A DNA stretch of 64,000 nucleotides, taken from an uncultured Acidobacteriota bacterium. GTDB lineage: Bacteria > Acidobacteriota > Vicinamibacteria > Vicinamibacterales > UBA2999. How positions within the stretch are numbered: position 1 is the first letter of the stretch; each line of letters begins with the position of its first letter. The stretch spans positions 137,103-201,102 of the forward strand of contig CAWBMG010000009.1 of assembly GCA_963789815.1 (NCBI GenBank), written 5' to 3'. The translations under genes were made by a program, and so were the position numbers. The notes beneath the pieces are model-generated. The model was given only the letters and a program-made list of their open reading frames with translations. It did no database searches and was not told the DNA's origin. Below, piece by piece: positions 1 to 10,302 of the stretch.

Positions 1-179
1 TCTGCTGCTCGGCAGAAGCGACAAGACCCAACAAAGCGTCGGTGACGCCGCGACAGGCCGACAGCACGACAGCCAAGCGTTTGGCCGGCTCCGCTTCGAG
101 GATTTTTGCCACGCGCTCCATGCAGCCGGCATCGGCCACACTCGAGCCGCCGAATTTGTACACACGCCACGGGTTGTCC
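1..179 (-). CDS. aspartate kinase, N-terminal 59 codons (gene runs off the window start)
   Basis: Reverse translation from ATG at 177-179 gives MDNPWRVYKFGGSSVADAGCMERVAKILEAEPAKRLAVVLSACRGVTDALLGL. KFGGSS and SAxxGxTDxL are aspartokinase N-terminal motifs. Absent from the ORF track because it is truncated by the window edge. Confidence 0.6.
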
Positions 180-244
180 ATCTGCAAGTTAGGAAGTGTC
201 AGGTTCGAAGTGCGACGTACAGGCTGCCGGCTACCAGCTACCAG

Positions 245-2618
245 CTAGTATCTGAATAGTTTATTCACTTTTACGATCAGCGCGCGCGTGGTCAGCTCCG
301 GGAAGCTGCGCGTGAGGGTGTTGCGCTCGTCGTTGTAGACGATGAACAGCTCGCTGCCTGGCCGATACTCCCAGCGGAGCCTGGCATTCGTGGACACGGT
401 GTTCGTGCCGGTGTTGTACTGCAGTAGCGCGCTCACGAACATCATCGGCGTCAGCGTGTAGGTCACGCGCGATCCGGCCAAGTGGGTCGTGAAGGCTCCC
501 TGGACGAGGTCGACCTTGTTCAGCGAATACGTCGGTTCGACCGAGAGCGCGTTGGTCACGCTGAGGCGTGCTTGCGAAACGCTGACCGCGGTGCGATGTC
601 CGTTGTAGAAGGTCCCGAACTCGATCAAGTAGTTGCCCGAGAGTCGCCGCTGGCGGCCAAGATTGAAACCGATGCGCCCGTTCTCGAAATCGTATCCCCC
701 GACTGGAATGGTGACCGACGGCACAATGCTGAACGGCAAGGGTAGGAACTCGTACAGGTCGCTGTAGCCAGCGATGAACTGATCGCCGTTCTGGAACTCC
801 ACTGCGAATTCGCCTTCGTTCTCTCGTGACTCGAGGATGCCCGCACCGTTCTCGACGTAAGTGAGGCCGGCCTGGTACCGGAATCGCCGGACCGACGGCA
901 TGGTGCTTGGACGCGGACTGAACCTGGCTTGCGCGAAGCTCCGTCGCATATCGTCGCGGCGAAGGAACCCGACCTCCGGGTTGAAATTGTCGCCAACCGC
1001 CAACTGCTCGAGCTGAAGGCCGTACCGATCACCGTTGTAGTCGAGCTGGGCGCGATAGCTCATGTCGTCGCCGCTCAGGCCCTCGAGTCTCAGTCTTTGC
1101 CCAGTAGGTGTTGATACTGAGATTGTCGAAGAACGCAAACGCGCCGTCGAGGCCGTACACGAGGTTCCGTCCTACGCCGTTCTGCGCCACCGACCGCCCG
1201 GTGGCAATCAGACCCACACTGCTCTTCCGAAACACGTCCCGTTTGACACGAACAACGGAGAAGTTCGTGCTCCGTGCGGGCGAGGGTAAGAGCTCGGACT
1301 CCTCGCCCGTCTGAGTATTCACGATGCCGATGCTGTAGCGACCAGTGCGCCCCGTAAGGCGCCCTCCCACGTCGAGCGGCACGACCCGCCCCGAAACACG
1401 CCCCGCCGCGTCCTGTATCTGGTTGAGTCCGACGCGTCGACTGTAAAAGAGAATGGGAGCGTCGTTGTTGTTGTTATTGTTGAAGTTGTTGGCGAGCTGC
1501 ACGCCACCGAAGGAAAACATCCCCTGATTCTCGAGGAAGAACTCGCGCTTCTCGGGAAAGAAGAGGCTGAAGCGCGTGAGGTTGACCTGCTGCTCGTCGG
1601 CCTCCACTTGCGCGAAGTCCGTGTGCACGGTCACGTCGGCGGTCAACCCCTGCGTGACCGCATACTTGAGGTCGACGCCAACAGCGGCATCTGGGTCGTT
1701 CGACACGGCCGGTGTGAGGGTGCGATTGCTCGTCAGACTCGACGTCGCATACGGCTTGAGATCTAGGTTGCGACCCGCGGGCGGCGCCTCGAGCCCGACG
1801 AGCGAGGCCGCAAACGAGGTCTGCACCATTGCCGCGTTTCCGCGAGCGGGCGGCACCTTGGTCAGGAGCGACATCTCGTTTTTCGAGCGCTTCACCCGGG
1901 CGACCTGGAAGCCCCACACCTGCGCCTTGCCGGCGCCATATCGCAACGACTTGAACGGAATGGCGACCTCGACGGTCCAACCGCGATCGAACCGTCCAGT
2001 CTTGAGCTCCCACACCGGGTTCCAATCCTGACTGAACTGCCGCTCGTTGGTAACCTGCGTGTCGGACCGCCCTCCAATCGGGTTGATGCTGAAGAGGATG
2101 GCGTTTCGGCGATCGTAGAAGGGATCAAACACGAACGACACGACATCGTTGCCTTGAAACATCGTGTTGCTGTCGCGACGCATCTCGGTGGCAACGAGAC
2201 GGTCCATTTGGCTGTCCCACATGCGAGCCGACACGTAGATGTTCTTGTCGTCGAACGACACCCAGACGTCGGTCTGCTCGGTCGCGGGCGCGCCAGGCTG
2301 TGGCTCGGTCTGAATGAATCCCGACATTGGGAGAACATCTTCGTAGTGAGCCTCATCGAGAACACCATCGAGGCGAATGGGCTGGGCGAGACGGACCGCG
2401 CGAACCGTCGCGCGCCCCTCCGTGTCGCGCGTGATCGTTTCCGGCGCTACGGGCTCCGGCGGTGCGTCGGCGACGAGCGTCAAGGCTCTCGCCGCGGCGG
2501 ACGCTTCGGCTGATGCAAACGGTTCCTCAGCCGGCGCCTGTCCGGCCTCGGCGACTCGGATTGCCAGAAGCACCGCAGACGCGAGCAGGAACGCGGCCCG
2601 AACAGCCGAACGTCTCAT
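245..2618 (-). pseudogene. DUF5916/CBM9-like outer-membrane protein, frameshifted (pseudogene or assembly indel)
   Basis: ORF 1029..2618 is the N-part, with signal peptide MRRSAVRAAFLLASAVLLA. ORF 245..1138 is the C-part, ending KVNKLFRY. Together they align end to end with the intact paralog at 2897..5335. The frames switch at TYWAKTETRG|[14 protein letters not shown], one extra base near the CCC run at 1080-1082. Confidence 0.75.
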
Positions 2619-2712
2619 GCGGAAAGACCAGCATGCGGTAGGGCGGGCAGAGCGACCGTGATGGCGGGCAGAGCGTCAAGAGTATTGCACACACGCGGGT
2701 TGGGACGGTTTG

Positions 2713-2897
2713 AGTCGTTCGGACGTTCGAGACGTTCGAGACGTTCGGGCGTTCGGGGATCGTTCGACGTTCGAGCCGTTCTGCGTTCTTGAACGATCTG
2801 AGCGAACCAAACGACCTGCGAACACGCGAACGGTCCGAACCGTCGAACGATCCGAACGATCCGAACGATCCGAACGATCCGAACGATCCGAACGATC
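2713..2897. repeat. long imperfect palindrome built from GTTCG / CGAAC units, including (CGAACGATC)x6 tandem repeat
   Basis: The left arm has irregularly spaced GTTCG units (2713-2790). The centre is GTTCTTGAAC (2785-2794). The right arm has CGAAC units ending in six perfect CGAACGATC copies (2844-2897) that abut the stop codon of the upstream gene. Confidence 0.8.
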
Positions 2898-5287
2898 TAG
2901 AAACGAAACAGTCTATTGATCTTCACGGTGAACGAGCGGTTGGAGAGCGACGGAAAGCTGCGGGCGAGTGTGTCGCGCTCTTCGTTGTAGACGACGAACA
3001 GCTCGCTGCCCGGCTGGTACTCCCACCGTAAGCGTGCGTTGGTCGACACCGCGTTCGTCCCCGAGTTGTATTGCAGCAGGGCGCTCACGAACATGAGCGG
3101 CGTCATCGAAAACGTGACGCGTGAACCGGCGAGGTGCGTCGTGAAATCACCCTGAAGGAGGTTTACGCGATTCAGCGAGTAAGTCGGCTCCACCGAAAGT
3201 TGGTTCGTGATCGGGATCCGGCCACGCGCGATACTGAGCGTTGTCTTGTGACCGTTGTAGAACGTGCCGAACTCGGCCGACAGATTCGCCGAGATCGCGC
3301 GCTGCTGCCCCAAGTTGTAACCCAGGCGCAGCGTGTCGAAGGTGTAACCGCCGATCGGCAGGATGACGTCGCCGCCAATCGGGAAGGGAGCCGGCAGAAA
3401 CTCGAACGTGTTGGTGTAGTTGACGCCTAGGCGATCTGCGTTCTGAAACTCGAGCGCAAACTCTCCGGCGCGTTCACGCGATTCCAAGCGTCCGGCGCCG
3501 TTCTCGATGTACTCCAGCGAGCCGTCGTAGACGTACTTGCGGATCGCGCTTTGGTTCCGCGGCCGGGGACTGAAGCGAAAACGCGCGTAGTCGCGCACCA
3601 TGTCGTCCCGCCGCAGAAAGCCAATCTCAGGGTTGAAGTTGTCACCGATCTTCAGGCGCTCGAGCTGTACTGCGTACCGATCGCCCGGGTAGTCGAGTTG
3701 CGCGCGATAGCTGGTGTTGTCGCGGCTGCTGAGCCCGTCCGTGTCGGTCCGCGCCCAATAGGTATTGATCTGGAAGTTCTCGTAGAACGCGAACGTGCCA
3801 TCGAGCCCGTATGCCCGGTTGGCGCCGGTCCCGCTGGCTCCCACCGACCGGTTCGTGAACAACAGGCCTACGCTGCTGCGCCGTAGCACGTCGCGTTTGA
3901 GACGAACGACGCTGAAGTTGGTGGTGGGCGTTCCGGTGTCCGGCTCATCGCCCGCCTGAATGTTGAGCAGGCCAACGCTGTATTTGCCCGCGCGCCCGGT
4001 GAGGCGGCCGCCGAGCTCGAGCGGCACCTCACGGTCGCCGTTCAGGCCGATCCGGCGGCTGTAAAACATGATCGGCGCATCGGAGCTCCCGCTGTTGTTG
4101 AACCCGCTGTTGAAGTTGCCTCCCCCGCCACTGTTGACCGCGACACCGCCGAAGGAGAACGTCCCCTGGTTCTCGAGGAAAAACTCGCGCTTCTCGGGAA
4201 AGAACAGGCTGAACCGAGTGAGGTTCACTTGTTGCTCGTCGGCTTCGACTTGAGCGAAATCGGTGTTCACCGTCACGTCCGCTGCCAGGCCTTGTGTCAC
4301 TGCGTATTTCAGGTCGAGCCCCACCTCACCGTGGGGATCGTTCGACACCCGCGGCGTGGCGTTGCGGTCCGTGATGACGCTCGAGATCGCGTACGGCTTG
4401 AGGTCGATGTTACGCCCTCCGCGTGGCGACTCGATCCCGACAAGCGATGCCGCGAACTGAGCCTGCTGGAATCCCGACTGCCCCCGTGCTGGGGGCACCG
4501 GCGTCAAGGTCGAGATCTCGTTCGTCGAGCGTTTCACCCGCATGGCGTTGAAACCCCACACTTGCTCCGAGCCGGGGCGATAGCGGAGCGACTTGAAAGG
4601 AACCGCGGTCTCGACCGTCCAGCCACCTTCGAAACGGCCAGCCTTCGTGTCCCACACGGGATTCCAGTCACTGCTGTATTGCCGATCGTTGACCATCTGC
4701 CCGTCCGATCGGCCGCCCAACGGGTTCATCGTGAAGGTGAATGAGTTCCGCCGGTCGTAGAACGTGTCGAGGATGAACGAGACGAGGTCGTTTCCCTGCC
4801 AGTTGTTGGGGCTGTCTCGCCGCATCTCGGTGGCGACAAGCCGGTCCATCTGGCTATCCCAGGCCCTGAACGACACGTACACGTAGTCGTTGTCAAATGC
4901 GATCCACGCCTCGGTTTTTTCAGTGGCTTGCGCCCCAGCCTGCGGTTCCACCTGAACGAAATCCGACACGGAGCGGACCTGAGAATAGAGTTCCTCATCC
5001 AGAACGCCGTCGATTCGCAACGGTCGCGCGAGTCGAACGGCTCGGACGGTCGCGCGCCCTTCGGTGTCGCGCGAGATCACCTCAGGCGAGAGCGGCTCTG
5101 GCGGCGCATCCGGGTGGAGCGGAACCATCCTCGACGGCGAAGCGGCGGCCTCAATTGGGGCAGCGGATTCCTCTGACGACGCCTGTCCAGCAGAGGCTGA
5201 GGATGCTGAAAGGGCCGCGGTTGCCGACAGCAGGACGATCGATACGACGAGTTGTCGATAGGCTCGTAAGTCGCTGAAATAATTCAT
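2897..5287 (-). CDS. DUF5916/CBM9-like domain outer-membrane protein
   Basis: 812-aa ORF. The likely start is ATG 5285-5287 ([33 protein letters not shown] signal peptide). It has an N-terminal [10 protein letters not shown] carbohydrate-binding-family-9-like module. The beta-rich C-part ends in the aromatic KINRLFRF typical of OM barrels. Confidence 0.8.
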   Translation of the reverse strand: MNYFSDLRAYRQLVVSIVLLSATAALSASSASAGQASSEESAAPIEAAASPSRMVPLHPDAPPEPLSPEVISRDTEGRATVRAVRLARPLRIDGVLDEELYSQVRSVSDFVQVEPQAGAQATEKTEAWIAFDNDYVYVSFRAWDSQMDRLVATEMRRDSPNNWQGNDLVSFILDTFYDRRNSFTFTMNPLGGRSDGQMVNDRQYSSDWNPVWDTKAGRFEGGWTVETAVPFKSLRYRPGSEQVWGFNAMRVKRSTNEISTLTPVPPARGQSGFQQAQFAASLVGIESPRGGRNIDLKPYAISSVITDRNATPRVSNDPHGEVGLDLKYAVTQGLAADVTVNTDFAQVEADEQQVNLTRFSLFFPEKREFFLENQGTFSFGGVAVNSGGGGNFNSGFNNSGSSDAPIMFYSRRIGLNGDREVPLELGGRLTGRAGKYSVGLLNIQAGDEPDTGTPTTNFSVVRLKRDVLRRSSVGLLFTNRSVGASGTGANRAYGLDGTFAFYENFQINTYWARTDTDGLSSRDNTSYRAQLDYPGDRYAVQLERLKIGDNFNPEIGFLRRDDMVRDYARFRFSPRPRNQSAIRKYVYDGSLEYIENGAGRLESRERAGEFALEFQNADRLGVNYTNTFEFLPAPFPIGGDVILPIGGYTFDTLRLGYNLGQQRAISANLSAEFGTFYNGHKTTLSIARGRIPITNQLSVEPTYSLNRVNLLQGDFTTHLAGSRVTFSMTPLMFVSALLQYNSGTNAVSTNARLRWEYQPGSELFVVYNEERDTLARSFPSLSNRSFTVKINRLFRF

Positions 5288-5386
5288 GAAACGCGTTGGA
5301 CGGCCCGATATCGTACAACAAAGCTGATCGATCAATTCACGTTGCCACTTTGTACGCCCTTACTCCAGTACGATCGGGGCTTGTCC

Positions 5387-6481
5387 ATGACTCGACGCGA
5401 AGCACGGAACAAAGCCCCTAAGCCAAGGGATCGCGCCGACGCTTTCTGCGCGAAGTACGGCCTCGCGATGCCGATCCTGCTTGCGCCGATGGCCGGTGCG
5501 TGCCCGGCCAGCCTGTCGATCGCTGTTGCCAATGCCGGTGGAATGGGAGCCATGGGCGCGCTCCTGACCAAGCCCGCCGGCATCAAGGACTGGGTGACCG
5601 AGTTCCGGTCAGGAAGCAGCGGTCCACTCCAGCTGAATCTCTGGATCCCGGATCCTCCTCCGCTCAGAAATCCCGAGGCTGAGGCGCGCGTGCGCCAGTT
5701 CCTATCGGCGTGGGGACCAGATGTGGCAACGTCGGCCGGGGATGTCATACCCCCCGACTTCAACGGGCAATGTGAGGGGCTCCTTGCGTCGCAGCCGACA
5801 GCTGTCTCGTCAATCATGGGCGTGTTCCCGGCTGAGTTCGTGACACGTCTGAAGCAAGCCGGCATCGCGTGGTTCGCAACGGCAACGACGTTGGCCGAGG
5901 CGCTCCAAGCGCAGGCAGCCGGTGCGGACGCTATCGTCGCTCAGGGGTTTGAAGCAGGCGGCCACAGAGGCTCATTCGATCCGGCAGCAGCCGAACGGCA
6001 GGCGATTGGGCTGTTTGCGTTGCTTCCGCGTCTAGCCGACCACCTCGACGTCCCGATCATCGCCGCCGGCGGAATCGGCGACGGTCGCGGCGTTGCGGCC
6101 GCGTTGACGCTCGGAGCGACGGCGGCAACAGTCGGGACCGCGTTCCTGCGATGCCCGGAAGCCAAGACTCACCGCTCGTGGGCCGCTGCGCTCGACAATC
6201 TCGAACCGGAGGGCACGACGCCGACGCGCGCGCTGACCGGACGGTTGGGCCGCGCGATCGCCACTGATTACGTCAAAGCCGCCGCAGCATCAAGCGCGCC
6301 GATGCCCGCTCCCTATCCAGTTCAACGAGGTCTCACCGCGTCGATGAAAGAGGCCGGCGCCGCCGCGGGAGACTACCACCGGATGCAGTTGTGGGCGGGT
6401 CAGTCCGCGGCCATGGCCCAGCCGGTTCCCGCTGGCGAACTGGCCAGCCGGATCTGGGATGAGGCTCGGGCCCTCTTATAG
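5387..6481 (+). CDS. nitronate monooxygenase (NMO/2-nitropropane dioxygenase family)
   Basis: Motifs [28 protein letters not shown] and [17 protein letters not shown], plus [12 protein letters not shown]. The start is taken at ATG 5387 (MTRRE) rather than the ORF-track start 5342. Confidence 0.85.
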   Translation: MTRREARNKAPKPRDRADAFCAKYGLAMPILLAPMAGACPASLSIAVANAGGMGAMGALLTKPAGIKDWVTEFRSGSSGPLQLNLWIPDPPPLRNPEAEARVRQFLSAWGPDVATSAGDVIPPDFNGQCEGLLASQPTAVSSIMGVFPAEFVTRLKQAGIAWFATATTLAEALQAQAAGADAIVAQGFEAGGHRGSFDPAAAERQAIGLFALLPRLADHLDVPIIAAGGIGDGRGVAAALTLGATAATVGTAFLRCPEAKTHRSWAAALDNLEPEGTTPTRALTGRLGRAIATDYVKAAAASSAPMPAPYPVQRGLTASMKEAGAAAGDYHRMQLWAGQSAAMAQPVPAGELASRIWDEARALL

Positions 6482-6490
6482 GACGCGACA

Positions 6491-7144
6491 ATGGCAGTCA
6501 GCGACGACCTGCTCGGCTTCGTGAAGGAAGGCTTATCGCGTGGCATTCCTCGGGCGCAGATGGAGGAAGTCCTTTTGAAGGCCGGCTGGACGTCTGAACA
6601 GGCCAGAGGCGCGCTCAGCGCTTTCGCCGAGATCGACTTCCCGATTCCCATCCCGAAGGCCCGGCCGTACTTGTCGGCGCGTGAAGCCTTCATGTACCTC
6701 GTGCTGTTCAGTACTTTGTATGTCAGCACCTACAACCTGGGGAGTCTCATCTTCGAGTTCATCAACCGGGCTCTTCCTGATCCGGCCTCGCCTGGGTTTG
6801 TCGAGAACGTCGAATACTCGCGTCGAACGATCCGCTGGGCCGTCTCGTCGCTCATCGTCGCGTTTCCGGTGTTCATCTACACCTCCTGGCTGACGAGCCG
6901 TGCGATTCAGCGTGACCCCAACAAGCGCTCGTCGAAGGTCCGGCGTTGGCTGACGTACTGGACCCTGTTCATGGCCGCGTGCGTCTTGATCGGCGATGTC
7001 ATCAGTCTTGTTTACAATCTGCTCGGTGGAGAACTGACGACGCGCTTTGTCTTGAAGACGCTCACGATCGGGATCATCGCTGGAACCGCCTTCGGGTACT
7101 ACCTGTGGGATCTTCGGCTCGACGAACGGGAAAGCAAGTCATGA
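6491..7144 (+). CDS. DUF5671-like integral membrane protein
   Basis: A soluble N-terminal module (GFVKEGLSRGIPRAQMEEVLLKAGWTSEQARGAL) is followed by about 4 hydrophobic helices. This is the architecture I associate with DUF5671. Confidence 0.65.
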   Translation: MAVSDDLLGFVKEGLSRGIPRAQMEEVLLKAGWTSEQARGALSAFAEIDFPIPIPKARPYLSAREAFMYLVLFSTLYVSTYNLGSLIFEFINRALPDPASPGFVENVEYSRRTIRWAVSSLIVAFPVFIYTSWLTSRAIQRDPNKRSSKVRRWLTYWTLFMAACVLIGDVISLVYNLLGGELTTRFVLKTLTIGIIAGTAFGYYLWDLRLDERESKS

Positions 7145-7566
7145 GCCTCGTATCAGGCAGGTTCGTCCTCGCCGGACTCGCGACGGCGGTGGTCGTCATC
7201 GCCGTGGTGCGCGGACTCGTGATGCTGGGTCCACCGTCCGAAGCACGAGCCCGACAGCTCGATCAGAGACGCGTACAGGATCTCCGCATGATTACATCCC
7301 TGGCCGACGTCTATTGGGCCCGACACGGAGCCTTGCCGTCGACGCTCGAAGAGCTGTCGAGTGAACCAGGAATGAGGCCAACCTCTCGCGATCCCGTGAG
7401 CGGGGAGCCGTACGCTTATCGCGCCCTCGACGCAAAGAAGTACGAACTGTGCGCTGAGTTCGAACACGACTCCACAGAGCTGCCGCAGGGGTTTGACGTG
7501 GCCTTCTGGTCACATGGCGTCGGCAGAAGGTGTTTCCCGTTCTCCGTGCGCGAGAACGGGAAGTAA
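7141..7566 (+). CDS. hypothetical membrane-anchored protein
   Basis: ATG 7141 overlaps the upstream stop (ATGA). It has one N-terminal TM helix (FVLAGLATAVVVIAVVRGLVML). The part of ORF 6946..7566 upstream of 7141 overlaps the previous gene and is discounted. Confidence 0.55.
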   Translation: MSLVSGRFVLAGLATAVVVIAVVRGLVMLGPPSEARARQLDQRRVQDLRMITSLADVYWARHGALPSTLEELSSEPGMRPTSRDPVSGEPYAYRALDAKKYELCAEFEHDSTELPQGFDVAFWSHGVGRRCFPFSVRENGK

Positions 7567-7589
7567 CGGGGGATCGAACGTCCGAACGG

Positions 7590-8537
7590 TTACTTTTCGG
7601 CCTTCAATTCCTCGAAGATGACGCCGAAGTTCCCGCCCGGGCCGCCGCGGCCGCCGGTCAGGTTGTAGTCCTTGAATTTCTCCGGGAGTTTCAAATCCAT
7701 CATCGCCTGCTCGGGGGTCTTACCGGCCTTGAGCGAGGCTCGCGCGTGGGCCAGGAACAACCGGTTGAACTCTCCGAAATCCACGAAGTCCTGCCACTTC
7801 ATCACCGTGCTGTGACCGGGGATGACGGTGTCGACGTTCTTGACCGTTCTCGCCGCCTTCGCGAGCGTCTCGGGGTACGCCACTCCACTGCCGCCGTTCA
7901 TCCTGTCGATGAGCGGTTGCCCTTTGTTGGCAAACGCATCGCCAGCATGCATCACGCGGGCGTTGCGAAACACCACAAAGGCATCGCCGCTCGTATGCGC
8001 GGCGCCAAAGTAGTACAGGTCGATCGACTCGTTGCCTTTCAGGAGCGTCAGCTTGTCTTTGAACGTTCGGTCCGGCAGTCCATTCTTGTTGGCAGCCTCC
8101 TGGAAGACCGGCATCTTCTCCATGTTGGTCTTGGTATTCTCCTGCGTCACGATCTCCACCGTTGCCGGAAAGAACTGATTGCTGCCGGTGTGGTCCCCGT
8201 GCGTGTGCGTATTGATGATGTGGGTGATCGGTTTGTCGGTAACCGCTTTCACCTGGTCGAGAATCGCCTGGCCGTTGTTGGCCAGCTTCGTATCGACCAA
8301 CACGACTCCGTCTGCCGTGACGAACGCGGCCGTGTTGCCGCCCTGGCCAGGGATCATGTAGAGATTGTTCGCCACTTTCTCGGCAGCGCTGACGGGGGGG
8401 AAGCCTGGCCCGCGGCCGGCGCCACCGCGGCCCTGACCTTGTCCTCCGGCTGGGGCCGCAGCCTGCTGCGCGCCAAGAATGGCCGAACCAATGACACCGC
8501 TCAACAGGATGACACCCAAGACAATTGCGCGTTTCAT
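7590..8537 (-). CDS. secreted MBL-fold metallo-hydrolase
   Basis: HTHGDHTG metallo-beta-lactamase motif. The start is taken at ATG 8535-8537 (MKRAIVLGVILLSGVIGSAILGA signal peptide). The longer ORF-track N-terminus looks non-coding. Confidence 0.85.
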   Translation of the reverse strand: MKRAIVLGVILLSGVIGSAILGAQQAAAPAGGQGQGRGGAGRGPGFPPVSAAEKVANNLYMIPGQGGNTAAFVTADGVVLVDTKLANNGQAILDQVKAVTDKPITHIINTHTHGDHTGSNQFFPATVEIVTQENTKTNMEKMPVFQEAANKNGLPDRTFKDKLTLLKGNESIDLYYFGAAHTSGDAFVVFRNARVMHAGDAFANKGQPLIDRMNGGSGVAYPETLAKAARTVKNVDTVIPGHSTVMKWQDFVDFGEFNRLFLAHARASLKAGKTPEQAMMDLKLPEKFKDYNLTGGRGGPGGNFGVIFEELKAEK

Positions 8538-8628
8538 GACGCTACTCCTCACATGAACAATCTGAACGACTACTTCCCTTGCTGCCTTCGTCAGGTCTTC
8601 CGTCGCCGCATTCGGATCCCTGATGGAC

Positions 8629-9240
8629 CTACCGGCGCGCCGGCCACCGCGTATCGAGCGGCTTGCTCCGATCAGCAGTGATACGAAGGTCGGCACAGTG
8701 GTGGTAAGAGAAGTCGCCATCACGATTGCGACCATGTTCAGCCATGAACTGGATGATCTGCAACGTGCACTTCTCACAGTCGATGTTAGGCAGCTCGATA
8801 TCCGTCTCGAAAGGCTCGGTCGTACGTGTTGTATGCGCAAACAAGCCATCGGCCAGTACCGGAGGCCGCACGGGATTCTGGATCACGGCTGACACAGACC
8901 AGGGGCCCTTTTCGGTCTCGCGTGTCGTGGTTTCCGGGTCGGGCGGGAGCTCTGCGCGTGAGTTGATCGCCAACGCCACGCGGTAGTGCCCCGGGTGAAA
9001 CACCGTCTCCTGGAGCTTCAGGTGCAGCTTCTGCCCACCTTGTGCCTGACCGACGATGTTGGTTGGCATGCCGGCGTCTGCCGATGTGCCGCCACAGGGC
9101 CCCGCCTTCTGCGGATCGCCCAGCTTGTTCTCGACCAGCCACGAGGCCGGTTCCATCAGAGTGAAGTGGGCATCAGCCGTCACGGGCAGGATCGCTCCCA
9201 CCGTAACCGCCGCGAGCACGAATCTCACAGACTGGCGCAT
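8629..9240 (-). CDS. secreted His1 protein, lytic-polysaccharide-monooxygenase-like (copper histidine-brace candidate)
   Basis: The signal peptide MRQSVRFVLAAVTVGAILPVTADA|HF would leave His as the mature residue 1. Further conserved His lie in FHPGHY and YHHC. It resembles the SCE4755-type LPMO-like family as I recall it. Confidence 0.55.
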   Translation of the reverse strand: MRQSVRFVLAAVTVGAILPVTADAHFTLMEPASWLVENKLGDPQKAGPCGGTSADAGMPTNIVGQAQGGQKLHLKLQETVFHPGHYRVALAINSRAELPPDPETTTRETEKGPWSVSAVIQNPVRPPVLADGLFAHTTRTTEPFETDIELPNIDCEKCTLQIIQFMAEHGRNRDGDFSYHHCADLRITADRSKPLDTRWPARR

Positions 9241-9253
9241 GTCGCCTCCTCGC

Positions 9254-10292
9254 TTACCGAGCACCTTGCCACTGGATCTTATCCGTCATCCCGTCTTCCC
9301 AGCTGCTCCAACCCGACACCATGCCATAGGGCGCACGCTCGAGAATGGCCTCGACCTGCCGAATCAGGCCCTTTTCGATGCGAAACAGCTCTGCGATGTG
9401 CCACGTCCACGGGACGGTCGGGCCGGCCGTCACTGTTCGGCCGTTCGGGGTTTGGAAGGTTCGCGAAGCGCCTGCGTCGTGGTCAAAGAAGACGAAAGCC
9501 AAAGCGAGGCCGCGTTCCTCGTCGACGACGACGTATCGCCGATCGCGAATGCGGCTGACGAAGTGCAGCAGGCCGGATTCAAACTGCTCGCGGCAGCTCC
9601 ACATCGCGGAATAGTTGGTCGCCGTGCTCGGATCCGGCCGCGTCGGCGGCGTCCCGGCTCGCGCACCTCTCCCGCCGGTAGGATTGTTGGTCGTCAGATT
9701 GCCGTTCTCGATGCGATTGCAGTCGGGCGCGAACGGATACTGGCCCTTACCGTCGTTGAGTTGCATGCCGGAAAAGTACATGTTCGCGACTCGGACCAGA
9801 TCCGCTCGAGACATGCGCTCGGCTGGCGGAATGATTTGCGAGAACAACGCGTTGGGTTGTCCGAGCGCCTCGAAGCCCTTAGCCCCTTGCTCGCTGCGCC
9901 CGACGAGCGTCTCAATCTCGCTGATTCGGCGGTTCTCGACTTTGAGCCGAACCGCAATGATCATCGGCGTGCCGGCCTCACGCATCGTGGCAAACGTGAC
10001 CACCTGCGCCGCCCCGGTGTCGGCGGCGTGGAAGTGTGTACGTGCCTCGCCCTGAAACCGAGTTCCAGAAGCCGTCGCCAAGGCGGAGACGCTGACCGTT
10101 CTCCGTGTACTTGACGTTGACGGTCACCGGGACCTTCTTGGAATCTTTGGCGACCAGCGCGTCGAGGTACTGCTCGGCGACACCGATTAAGCATTCGCGA
10201 TCGCATAGTCCCGTTTCGGGCGTGCCCTGTGCGGTAGCGACTCCACCGAGACATAGCCAGGCCCCAACGGCGATAACCAACTGAGTATTCAT
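9254..10292 (-). pseudogene. secreted hypothetical protein (possible tandem NTF2/SnoaL-like fold), frameshifted
   Basis: The N-part lies in ORF 9978..10415, with the real start at ATG 10290-10292 (MNTQLVIAVGAWLCLGGVATAQG). The C-part is ORF 9254..10081. The frames switch at GDGFWNS|FQGEARTHF, one extra base at the CC at 10058-10059. Confidence 0.6.
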
Positions 10293-10302
10293 GATCGGTC
10301 CT

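Noticed and set aside
42-248. ORF 42..248(+), 68 aa
   Set aside because: It is antisense to the aspartate-kinase N-terminus (clear KFGGSS motif on the minus strand) and has no RBS or motif.
2710-3031. ORFs 2710..2919 and 2789..3031 encoding ...[12 protein letters not shown]... and ...PNDPNDPNDPND...
   Set aside because: These are translations of the (CGAACGATC)n / GTTCG repeat palindrome in an intergenic spacer, not genes. The array also has no spacers, so it is not a CRISPR.
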